Origin: an uncultured Erysipelotrichaceae bacterium
GTDB taxonomy: Bacteria > Bacillota_I > Bacilli_A > RFN20 > CAG-826
Direction of reading: 5' to 3'
Length of the DNA stretch: 64,000 nucleotides
Assembly (NCBI GenBank): GCA_902803375.1
Contig: CADCPN010000002.1
Coordinates: forward strand, 111,755 to 175,754
The notes beneath the pieces were generated by a model. The model ran no database searches. It was not told where the DNA came from and saw only the letters and a list, made by a program, of their open reading frames with translations. The translations under genes and the position numbers were made by a program. This document shows positions 55,914 to 64,000 of this stretch, piece after piece (position 1 is the stretch's first letter; every line of letters starts with the position of its first letter).

Positions 55914-57176
55914 ATGCTAGATTACAAATTCGATTCCAAAGCTAATTACATTGTCTCTGGCACTTACGGCAGCGATTCCATGGCTCTGCTGGACATGATG
56001 CAGAAAGAAGGCGTCAAGCCGATCGTCTGCTGCGTCAATTACCATAAGTTCGAAAGGTCAAATTCCGACTATAACGCCCTCGAGGCCTACGCCAAGGAAA
56101 AAGGCTTGATCTTCGAAGGGCTTGATACCGATGCCCTCCCCGCTGAGGCTCAGCTTCAGGAAGGCGCGGACTTCTCCGCTTGGGCAAGAAAGACCCGTTA
56201 CGATTTCTTCTCCAAGATCTATAAGAAATACGATGCCGCCGGCCTAGTCCTTGCCCATCAGCAGGACGACCTCATCGAAACCTATCTGCTCCAGAAGTCC
56301 GGCAACGCTCACGTTGCCCATTACGGACTATCCGTGACCACCACCGTCAACGATATGGTCGTTATCCGTCCATTGCTTCACTTCTCCAAGCAGGATCTTC
56401 TCGAATACGATGAGGAGAACCATATTGGCTACTCCGCTAGCTCCGATGAGTTCCAAACCGCCTATACCCGTTCCCCGATCCGCCGCGAAATCGCCAAGAT
56501 GAGCGAAATCGACCGTGAGAGAATACTCGATGAGATGAAGGCCGCCAACGATGACACCATCGCCATGGTCCGCTCCCTTGAAAAGGATATCAGCGCAGGC
56601 GAAGAACTCGATATCCGCGCCATCATTGCCCTTCCGGCCGATGCCTTCGTTACCACGCTAATGAAGTTCGTCAGCCAGGCTGATGTTCCGGTTCATCTAA
56701 CCGCTAAGAAGATTGGTGAGATCCGCAAGCTCTGCCTTGCTCCTCAGCCGAACCTCTCGATGAAGCTTGCCGAAGGCGTCTACATCATTAAGGAATATGA
56801 CGTTCTCACCATTGGCAAGAACTTCGACCGTCTCCCCTATACTTATACCCTCGAGGCTCCGGGAGTTCTCAACACCCCGGACTTCGATCTCGACTTCTCG
56901 ATGGGTGCCGAAGACCGCAACATCAAGCCCGAGGATTATCCGCTAACCATTCGCACCGCTCTTCCTTCTGACACCTTCGTCGTGCACGGATTCCTCTATC
57001 CGGTCCGCATCCTCTTCTCTGAGTGGAAGATGCCGGTCCGCCTCCGCTATGTCTGGCCGGTGTTCGCGAACAAAGATGGCAAGATCATCTACGTTCCGCG
57101 CTACCGCACTAACTTCTCTGAATACCATACCTCCGTCCTTAACATGCACCTTAAGGCCGAGGATCAGGAAAAATAG
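55914..57176 (+). CDS. tilS: tRNA(Ile)-lysidine synthetase
   Basis: The start was set at MLDYKF (ATG at 55914, with AAAGGAG upstream). Motifs ARKTRYDFF, LAHQQDDLIETYLL, IRPLL and SPIRREI are present. The PP-loop is atypical (SGTYGSDS). Confidence 0.8.
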   Translation: MLDYKFDSKANYIVSGTYGSDSMALLDMMQKEGVKPIVCCVNYHKFERSNSDYNALEAYAKEKGLIFEGLDTDALPAEAQLQEGADFSAWARKTRYDFFSKIYKKYDAAGLVLAHQQDDLIETYLLQKSGNAHVAHYGLSVTTTVNDMVVIRPLLHFSKQDLLEYDEENHIGYSASSDEFQTAYTRSPIRREIAKMSEIDRERILDEMKAANDDTIAMVRSLEKDISAGEELDIRAIIALPADAFVTTLMKFVSQADVPVHLTAKKIGEIRKLCLAPQPNLSMKLAEGVYIIKEYDVLTIGKNFDRLPYTYTLEAPGVLNTPDFDLDFSMGAEDRNIKPEDYPLTIRTALPSDTFVVHGFLYPVRILFSEWKMPVRLRYVWPVFANKDGKIIYVPRYRTNFSEYHTSVLNMHLKAEDQEK

Positions 57177-57273
57177 TGGAATGCGTTTCCATTGACTATC
57201 TTTGAACAATTAGTACATTTCTTTCTACAAACCGTTTCTTTATAAAGAACTTCACCCAAAAGGAGGAACATAC

Positions 57274-59511
57274 ATGAACGATGGAAAACCCCCGAGAAAG
57301 AGCATATTCGGCTTCATTCTCCCCTACATCCTCACCGCGGTAGCCATCGGTCTATTCGTCTGGCTCATCGTCAGCCGCTTCGTCGGCGGTACCGAGACTT
57401 GGACGGAATCCCAGATTGATGCCTATCTAGGCTATACCACTGGGCAGACCGCTTCCGGAGAGACCGAATACCAATACTTGGATTATTCCGCTCTTGCTGA
57501 AAAGAACGACGGCCGCCGTGTCATCGCTATCGAAGTCAGCCAGGGCTACAAGGCCGTCACCATCAACGGCACCGCTCTAAATAAGCTAAACAAGACCGTT
57601 AACTTCACCGTCAAGGTTGAAGAAAACCACTGGACCACCGCCGATGGCAACGGCTTCGTGACCACCGCCCTTGATGATTCTGGAAAAGCAGTCCCCGTTA
57701 CCCACGCCGACTACTATTCCATCTTTAAGTTCCGCATCGACCAGGCCAAGACTGCCGTCGGCGAGCAGTACAACTGCTACATCAAGGTCAATGATGCCTT
57801 CGAAACCACCTGGTGGGATACCTGGGGCCCGACCGTCATCACGGTTGCCACCACCTTATTGCTCGCTGGCTTCCTCTTCTCCAGACTCAGCGCTGGAGTC
57901 GGCGGAGGAAATCAAGGCATCCTCAACTTCAACAAGTCTCCTGCGCGCCGCGCAGACAATACCAAAGTTCGCTTCTCCGACGTCGCTGGATGCGATGAAG
58001 AGAAGGCAGAGATGGTTGAGCTTGTCGAATACCTAAAAGATCCGAAGAAATACTCCAAATATGGCGCAAGGCTACCCAAAGGCGTCCTCCTTATCGGCCC
58101 TCCGGGAACCGGTAAGACCTTGCTTGCCAAGGCCGTTGCTGGCGAAGCGGGCGTCCCCTTCTACAGCATCTCCGGTTCTGACTTTGTGGAAATGTACGTT
58201 GGCGTCGGCGCAGGCCGTGTCCGCGATATGTTCCGCCAAGCCAAAGAGACCGCTCCTTGCTTGATCTTCATTGATGAAATCGATGCCGTTGGCCGTCAGC
58301 GTGGCGCTGGCTTAGGCGGCGGCAACGACGAACGCGAGCAGACCCTTAACCAGCTGCTCGTTGAAATGGACGGCTTCGAAGCCAATTCTGGCATCTTGGT
58401 CATCGCCGCCACCAACCGTGACGACGTCCTTGACCCAGCGCTTCGCCGTGCTGGCCGTTTCGATAGAACCATCACCGTTTCCAACCCGGATAAGAAGGGT
58501 CGTGAAGCGATTCTCAAGGTTCATGCCCGTAATAAGAAGATTGACCCCAGCGTCGACTTCGCTGCGCTTGCTAAGCGCACCGTCGGCTTCTCTGGCGCTG
58601 ATCTTGAGTCCATCCTTAACGATGCTGCCATCCTTGCTGTTAGAGCCAACAAGGAAGACATCACCATGGCGGAAATCGATGAAGCCATCGATCGCCGCAT
58701 CTCTGGCCCAGCCAAGAGCTCTCGTTCCATGAGCGAGCACGAACGCCGCCAGGTCGCCTTCCACGAAGCTGGACACGCCGTCATTGGCATCCACCTTCCG
58801 TATAGCGACAAAGTCCAAAAGATCACTATCATTCCGCGTGGAAATACCGGTGGTCATGTTCTCATGACTCCGGAAAACGATCGTTTCTTGATGACCAAGA
58901 ACGAGCTTCTCGCCCGTATCACCGGTTATCTTGGCGGACGCACCTCTGAAGAAATCTTCTTCCAGGATGTCTCCACCGGCGCGAGCAACGACATTGAAGT
59001 CGCCACTCAGATCGCCCGTTCCATGGTCACCGAATACGGCATGTCTGATCTCGGCCCGATCCAATACGAAAGAGCCGGCGGCAGCGTCTTCCTAGGACGT
59101 GACTATGCTTCTACCCAGAAGAACTTCTCAACGCAGATCGCGTTTGAAATCGATAAGGCCGTTAGGGCCATCGTCGATACCTGCCACGATCAGGCTACCG
59201 AGATCTTGACCAAGTACAAACACGAGGTCGAGATGATCGCCAACACCCTTCTCGAGAAGGAAACCATCACCGCCGAAGAGGTTGATTACCTCATTGCCCA
59301 TGGTGAACTTCCGAAGGATAAGGACGTCTATATGGCCAACCATGACGCTTCTATAGAAGAGGCTGCTGCTCCTGCGGAAAAACCCGCTAAGGAAGAAGCC
59401 TCTGCTGAAGTGAGCAAAAAGCCGGCGGAAGAGAAAGAGGAAGAGTGTGCTCCAAAGGAAGAAAGTACTGCGGAGAAAAAAGGAGCCTCCTCTGACCAAA
59501 AGGCTGAATAG
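57274..59511 (+). CDS. ftsH: ATP-dependent zinc metalloprotease FtsH
   Basis: Walker [14 protein letters not shown], an SRH region, zinc motif HEAGHA, and SD AAAGGAGG upstream. Confidence 0.97.
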   Translation: MNDGKPPRKSIFGFILPYILTAVAIGLFVWLIVSRFVGGTETWTESQIDAYLGYTTGQTASGETEYQYLDYSALAEKNDGRRVIAIEVSQGYKAVTINGTALNKLNKTVNFTVKVEENHWTTADGNGFVTTALDDSGKAVPVTHADYYSIFKFRIDQAKTAVGEQYNCYIKVNDAFETTWWDTWGPTVITVATTLLLAGFLFSRLSAGVGGGNQGILNFNKSPARRADNTKVRFSDVAGCDEEKAEMVELVEYLKDPKKYSKYGARLPKGVLLIGPPGTGKTLLAKAVAGEAGVPFYSISGSDFVEMYVGVGAGRVRDMFRQAKETAPCLIFIDEIDAVGRQRGAGLGGGNDEREQTLNQLLVEMDGFEANSGILVIAATNRDDVLDPALRRAGRFDRTITVSNPDKKGREAILKVHARNKKIDPSVDFAALAKRTVGFSGADLESILNDAAILAVRANKEDITMAEIDEAIDRRISGPAKSSRSMSEHERRQVAFHEAGHAVIGIHLPYSDKVQKITIIPRGNTGGHVLMTPENDRFLMTKNELLARITGYLGGRTSEEIFFQDVSTGASNDIEVATQIARSMVTEYGMSDLGPIQYERAGGSVFLGRDYASTQKNFSTQIAFEIDKAVRAIVDTCHDQATEILTKYKHEVEMIANTLLEKETITAEEVDYLIAHGELPKDKDVYMANHDASIEEAAAPAEKPAKEEASAEVSKKPAEEKEEECAPKEESTAEKKGASSDQKAE

Positions 59512-59523
59512 CAACAAAGGTTA

Positions 59524-59553
59524 AGAGCATCGCATACGCGGTGCTCTTTTCTT
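59524..59553 (+). terminator. rho-independent terminator after ftsH
   Basis: AGAGCATCGC atac GCGGTGCTCT followed by TTTCTT. Confidence 0.75.
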
Positions 59554-59584
59554 GTGGGAAAAAGCCACGGCGGGAAACTGAGGC

Positions 59585-60589
59585 TTAGGCTCTAAATGGG
59601 GAGAATAGCGAAGGAAGGGGAGGCATTTCTTCTTCGAGTGCTTCCTGTAGCTTTTCCTGCTCCCTCTTCTGGATAAGGGCTAGGTAGGTATCCTTCTTAT
59701 TGGATTCAGCAAGGCAAGCTTTGATAACCGATTCTCCAACGTTTCTTTCCTTCTCTAACTGTTCGTTGGTGACAGAAGCGAATTCCTTTTTGATTTGGAA
59801 ATAGAACGGGGACATGGATGCGTATTTCCAGAAAACGGAGACGTAGGGGCAACAAGGATCGTGCCAGGGCTTTGCGGCAAAGGAATAATGGATGATGCAT
59901 TGATTCCTTTCGGAGATCTGCCAAGTCTTGAGGGTCTGTATATTCCATTGCCTCCCAAGATACTTTACGCGGTCTTTGCAGATGACATTAAGGTAATCCT
60001 GATCCTGCGCAACGGAGAACGTGTAGAAATGCACGAGGTCGATGAACTGGCCTAAAATATCTTCCTTGCGCCAGGCCTTGCAGTTGATGGAGAGGATGCC
60101 GGCATTGAAGTAACGGTTGCGGGAAACGCCGAGAACGCGTTCAACGTAATCTCCGCATTCTGGGACGAACATAATGCCTTCTTTGACTGCACCGACCAGA
60201 TTAGAGCCTAGATCGATATCAAACATCTTTGCTAAGTCTGCGACTACGGCCGTATCGGAATCGATGTATAAAGCTTTATCAAAATCTTTGAACTTGCTGG
60301 CGATTAGGAAGCGGAAGTAAGTGCTTGGGGAATAATAATCACGAATAGGAAGCCTGTGGATAATAGAGGCGATGTCAGCCTCCACGTTGACGAAAGAAAT
60401 CTTCGCGTTTGGTTTTTGAAGCGAAAGCAATGAATTCATAGTCTCCTTGGTAATATCGGTGTGGAGAACGAAGAATCGATACTGACGAGACGGGTTAACG
60501 TGGGCGAGAGCGGAGATCAAAGCGACTGAAGCGTATTTTGCGAACCTCTCATCGAATCCTAAGAAAACCGGGATGATTTTATTTTTCAT
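59585..60589 (-). CDS. glycosyltransferase family 8 protein
   Basis: IPVFLGFDERFAKYASVALISAL… and DxD motif YIDSDTAV, with NAGILSIN. SD AAAGGAGGG lies upstream. Confidence 0.8.
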   Translation of the reverse strand: MKNKIIPVFLGFDERFAKYASVALISALAHVNPSRQYRFFVLHTDITKETMNSLLSLQKPNAKISFVNVEADIASIIHRLPIRDYYSPSTYFRFLIASKFKDFDKALYIDSDTAVVADLAKMFDIDLGSNLVGAVKEGIMFVPECGDYVERVLGVSRNRYFNAGILSINCKAWRKEDILGQFIDLVHFYTFSVAQDQDYLNVICKDRVKYLGRQWNIQTLKTWQISERNQCIIHYSFAAKPWHDPCCPYVSVFWKYASMSPFYFQIKKEFASVTNEQLEKERNVGESVIKACLAESNKKDTYLALIQKREQEKLQEALEEEMPPLPSLFSPFRA

Positions 60590-60771
60590 GTGTATGCCCT
60601 CCTTTTATGCGAATTCGAGCACCACACTTTAACAAGCCCATTTCCCAAAGGCTCCCTACTCGCTTCTTTACCGCTCTAGAGATAGTAGAACAGGCTATCT
60701 CTTCAAAATAGAGCATTATTTCTATATGTCTAACAAGGCATAAAAACGACTACCGTTTTCGTATATGTGAC

Positions 60772-60809
60772 CAAAATAAAAGACCTCAAGCCGGCTTTGC
60801 TTAAGGTCT
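60772..60809 (-). terminator. rho-independent terminator after the ABC exporter pair
   Basis: The minus strand reads AGACCTTAAGC aaagccg GCTTGAGGTCT followed by TTTATTTT. Confidence 0.7.
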
Positions 60810-60818
60810 AGAATCGCA

Positions 60819-62657
60819 TCATTCAAATGCGAATTGGCTGTTGTAGAGGCTGGCATAGAAGCCATTGTCCTTCATCAAGGAATCGTGGGTTCCCTGCTCA
60901 ATGATGTTGCCATCCTTCATAACGAGAATGAGGTCTGCGTTCTTGATGGTGGAAAGGCGGTGAGCAATGATAAAGCTTGTTTTGCCTTTGGTCAGGTTAT
61001 CCATAGCTTCCTGGACGAGCTCCTCGGTACGGGTATCGACGTTGGATGTTGCTTCGTCGAGAATCATGAGCGGTGCTTTTCGAATCATCGCACGGGCAAT
61101 GGTGATTAGCTGCTTCTGACCGGCGGAGATCGTTCCGGCATCACTTAGATTGCATTCAAGCTTGCCAGGCAACGTCCTGACGAAATGGTAGAGGTTTGCC
61201 TCCTTGCATACTTCCTTGACCGCTTCGGTGCCGGGGTCGACGGAGTTATAGACGACGTTTTGGCGGAAGGTTCCATCGAACACCCAAGTGTCCTGAAGAA
61301 CCATACCGAAGATATCGTGAATTTCCTCTTTCGGCATATCCTTAATGGACACGCCGTCGATGAGGATATCGCCGGAGTTCACTTCATAGAAGCGCATGAG
61401 CAGGTTGACCATCGTGGTTTTGCCTGCGCCGGTGGGGCCGACGATCGCGACTTTGGAACCGGCTTTGATTTTAGCGGAGAAGTCGTGGATGATTTCTCTG
61501 CTCGGATCATAGGAGAAACAGACGTTGCGGAATTCGACTTCGCCCTTGATAGATTCGGTCCCGCCCTTTGCAAATACACGTGCCTTACCTTCTTCGCTTT
61601 CAACTTCCTTTTCACCAAGGAAATCAAAGACGCGCTTTCCGGCGGCTACCGTGGTCTGAAGCTGGTTGATGGCCTGACCGATTTGAGACATCGGCTGCTG
61701 GAACAAACGGACATAGACCAAGAATGCACTGATGGTGCCGAAGGTAACGCCTGCAACGCTATTGGCGATAAGGACGCCGCCGACAACCAAGACGGCAATA
61801 TAGGCGAAGTAGGATAGGAAGTTGAATAGCGGCATGATGAGGCCACCATAGATTTGGGCGGCGAACATCGTTCTGCCAAGGCTCTTGTTCTTTTCTTCGA
61901 AGATGGCGTCCTGGGACTTATCTGCATTGAATAGCTTAACGATGAGCTGGCCGGAGTACTTCTCTTCGACAGCGCTATTGACCTTGCCAACCTTCTCCTG
62001 GCGGGCGATGAACTGCGGAGAGGCAAACTTGAGGATCAAGACCAGGAAGATTGCCGTCAACGGGATGGAGATCATGGCGGAGAGAGCCATCTGCCAAGAG
62101 GTGGCGAACATGCCGATGAGAGAGCCAATCAACATGAATGCAGAGGACAGCAACATGGAGATTGCTTGGTCGAGGGATTGCGCTACGCTATCGACATCGT
62201 TGGTGACGCGGGAGAGCGTGTCTCCGATTTGGTGAGCGTCGAAATAGGATAAGGGGAGGCGATTGATCTTTTCGGCAATGGCTTTGCGAAGGGAGTTCGC
62301 ATACCTTTGGGTAACCCCAGTCAAAACGAAATAGGTGAGGTACGTGAATGTGGCATTCACCAAATAGAGGATGCCGAGGATAGTACCGTAGTAGAGAATG
62401 CCATGGGCGGTGCTGCCGTCATCGGCAGTATAGGACCAATCGGTGTGGATTGTTTTCGTGCCGGCGTTATTGGCAATTTCATTCGTAAGCTTGGAGAGGA
62501 TTTGTGGGGAATAGATCGCGATGACGGTGGTGAAGAGAGTGAAGATGGCAGCGACGATGACGAAGGGGAGGAACCTCTTGGAAGAGGCGACAATTCCCTT
62601 CACCGCGGAAGAGACGTCGGCCTTAGTGACTTTTTCATGCTTGTGTTGTGGTCTCAT
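60819..62657 (-). CDS. ABC exporter, fused permease/ATPase (heterodimer partner 2)
   Basis: Six-TM N-terminal domain, Walker A GPTGAGKTT, signature ISAGQKQL and Walker B ILDEATS. Confidence 0.88.
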   Translation of the reverse strand: MRPQHKHEKVTKADVSSAVKGIVASSKRFLPFVIVAAIFTLFTTVIAIYSPQILSKLTNEIANNAGTKTIHTDWSYTADDGSTAHGILYYGTILGILYLVNATFTYLTYFVLTGVTQRYANSLRKAIAEKINRLPLSYFDAHQIGDTLSRVTNDVDSVAQSLDQAISMLLSSAFMLIGSLIGMFATSWQMALSAMISIPLTAIFLVLILKFASPQFIARQEKVGKVNSAVEEKYSGQLIVKLFNADKSQDAIFEEKNKSLGRTMFAAQIYGGLIMPLFNFLSYFAYIAVLVVGGVLIANSVAGVTFGTISAFLVYVRLFQQPMSQIGQAINQLQTTVAAGKRVFDFLGEKEVESEEGKARVFAKGGTESIKGEVEFRNVCFSYDPSREIIHDFSAKIKAGSKVAIVGPTGAGKTTMVNLLMRFYEVNSGDILIDGVSIKDMPKEEIHDIFGMVLQDTWVFDGTFRQNVVYNSVDPGTEAVKEVCKEANLYHFVRTLPGKLECNLSDAGTISAGQKQLITIARAMIRKAPLMILDEATSNVDTRTEELVQEAMDNLTKGKTSFIIAHRLSTIKNADLILVMKDGNIIEQGTHDSLMKDNGFYASLYNSQFAFE

Positions 62658-64000
62658 AGTCCTAGCTCCTCCTTGCTTAGCTGAGAAAGGGCGAGCTGGC
62701 GATAGGGCTCACAGCTGGCAAGCAGCTCTTTGTGAGTGCCTTGGCCAACGACTTTTCCTTCTTCTATATAGAGAATCTCATCGGCATCCATGATGGTCCC
62801 GATGCGTTGGGCGACGATAACTTTGGTGGCTTCAGCCTGGCTTTCCTTTAGGTTCTTGCGGACCTGAAGATCGGTCTTGAAGTCGAGGGCGCTGAAACTG
62901 TCATCGAAGACGAAGATCTCCGGCTTGATGGCGACCGCCCTAGCGATGCAAAGCCTCTGCTTCTGGCCGCCGGAGACATTGGTTCCGCCTTGGGCGATCG
63001 GGGAATCATAGCCGTTTTCCATCTTTGAGATGAATTCGGAGGCGCATGCGATTTCCGCGGCTTTATCCATTTCCTCTTCGGTTAGGCTTTCATTGCCGAA
63101 GGCTATGTTACTGCCGACGGTTCCGGAAAAGAGGATGCCGCGTTGCGGGACGAAGCCGATGCGCTTTCTAAGCTCAGTCTGCTTCATGTCTTTGACGTTG
63201 ACGCCATCGACAAGGACTTCGCCAAAGGTGGTGTCATATAGGCGGGAAATAAGATTGATAATAGAGGATTTCCCGCATCCGGTAGGACCAATAATGGCTA
63301 CCGTTTGGCCTTGTTTTGCTTTAAAGGAGATGTTAGCGACGACGGGGGTGTCGGAATCGGGATAGGCGAATGCCACATCGCGGAATTCGATGGTTCCCTT
63401 TTCTTTTGGCTCGATGGGTTCCACGGGGTCTTTGATGGAAGGCTCGGTGTTGAGAACTTCGTTGATACGACCGGCGGAGACCATGGCTCTTGGCCAGAGG
63501 ACAAACATCATAAGGAGCATCATGAATGCCATGATGATCTGAGTGGCGAGCATGGTGAAGGCGGTGACGGTTGGATAATCGATAGTGCCTTCGTTGATGA
63601 GGCCGGCACCGATCCAATAGATGGCAAGGGTGATGCCATCCATGACGATCATGATGACCGGATTGAACAATGCGATAAGCCTGCCGGTGAAGATATTGAG
63701 GTTGCTGAGATCATCGTTGGCCTTCTTGAATTTGGCTTCCTGATATTTCTCGGCGTTATAGGCGTGGACGACGCGGATGCCGCTTAGAGATTCGCGGGTG
63801 ATGCCGTTGAGACGGTCGGTGTATTTCTGGGAAACCTTAAATTTCGGAGTGACCGTGAAGAAGATAACCGCCAAGAAGGCGACGAGGACGACGATGGCAA
63901 CGGCCGTGGCAACGGTTAGCTGCCAGGAAGAGGCCTGAACCTTGCAGATTGCCCAAATTGCGGTGACAGGAGCTGCAAAGATCATTCTCATCATGAGAAG
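62654..64000 (-). CDS. ABC exporter, fused permease/ATPase (heterodimer partner 1); the 5' end lies outside the window
   Basis: The frame is open to the window edge. Walker A GPTGCGKSS, signature VSGGQKQR and Walker B VFDDSFS. It overlaps the downstream partner by 4 nt. Confidence 0.88.
   Translation of the reverse strand, partial: LLMMRMIFAAPVTAIWAICKVQASSWQLTVATAVAIVVLVAFLAVIFFTVTPKFKVSQKYTDRLNGITRESLSGIRVVHAYNAEKYQEAKFKKANDDLSNLNIFTGRLIALFNPVIMIVMDGITLAIYWIGAGLINEGTIDYPTVTAFTMLATQIIMAFMMLLMMFVLWPRAMVSAGRINEVLNTEPSIKDPVEPIEPKEKGTIEFRDVAFAYPDSDTPVVANISFKAKQGQTVAIIGPTGCGKSSIINLISRLYDTTFGEVLVDGVNVKDMKQTELRKRIGFVPQRGILFSGTVGSNIAFGNESLTEEEMDKAAEIACASEFISKMENGYDSPIAQGGTNVSGGQKQRLCIARAVAIKPEIFVFDDSFSALDFKTDLQVRKNLKESQAEATKVIVAQRIGTIMDADEILYIEEGKVVGQGTHKELLASCEPYRQLALSQLSKEELGL

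Noticed and set aside
60598-60702. A 34-codon plus-strand ORF (MRIRAPHFNKPISQRLPTRFFTALEIVEQAISSK) in the GT8 upstream region.
   Set aside because: It has no SD; the upstream CCCTCCTTTT is merely the reverse complement of the GT8 SD. Its composition is not protein-like, and it lies antisense to the likely GT8 leader.

Overview
This window is the chromosomal replication-origin region of a Bacillota (Firmicutes)-type genome that uses the standard genetic code. All calls rest on reading the sequence and ORF translations and on motif recall; no searches were run.

Core layout:
- The minus-strand block dnaA-dnaN-yaaA-recF-gyrB-gyrA (37.2 to 28.3 kb) diverges from the plus-strand block rpmH-rnpA-yidC-jag-mnmE (37.6 to 41.9 kb).
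- oriC is bipartite. DnaA-box clusters lie upstream of dnaA (37.16-37.58 kb) and between dnaA and dnaN (35.66-35.80 kb).
- Gene orientation switches at this point: mostly minus strand to the left, mostly plus strand to the right.

The rest of the window is mostly housekeeping genes:
- Translation, RNA processing and modification: metG, rpmE, serS, tadA, a small 4.5S-type SRP RNA, rnmV, rsmA, pth, rqcP, tilS.
- Repair, proteolysis and metabolism: tatD, ispE, ppdK, mfd, ftsH, tldD/pmbA.
- Other: two TetR regulators, an Fe-ADH, ABC transporters, and GT4 and GT8 glycosyltransferases.

The only clearly accessory segment is 1-7.3 kb. It is visibly more AT-rich than the rest and holds:
- a decaying type I restriction-modification locus, with hsdR broken by two in-frame stops and one frameshift, no hsdM, and two tandem start-less hsdS cassettes;
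- an AlbA_2/Schlafen-like regulator gene translationally coupled to hsdR;
- a 12-bp x5 tandem array;
- a DUF4143-type ATPase;
- an orphan wHTH gene.

Other points worth a second look:
- Seven genes have a -10 box only 6-11 nt from an SD-less start codon, which makes them leaderless candidates.
- A promoter module is shared by metG and an orphan double-ATPase activase operon.
- The DnaA boxes in the dnaA-dnaN spacer are followed by a trinucleotide-periodic tract.
- YidC, FtsH and GyrA/GyrB carry unusually enlarged domains.

I saw no rRNA, tRNA, CRISPR array, transposase or integrase.
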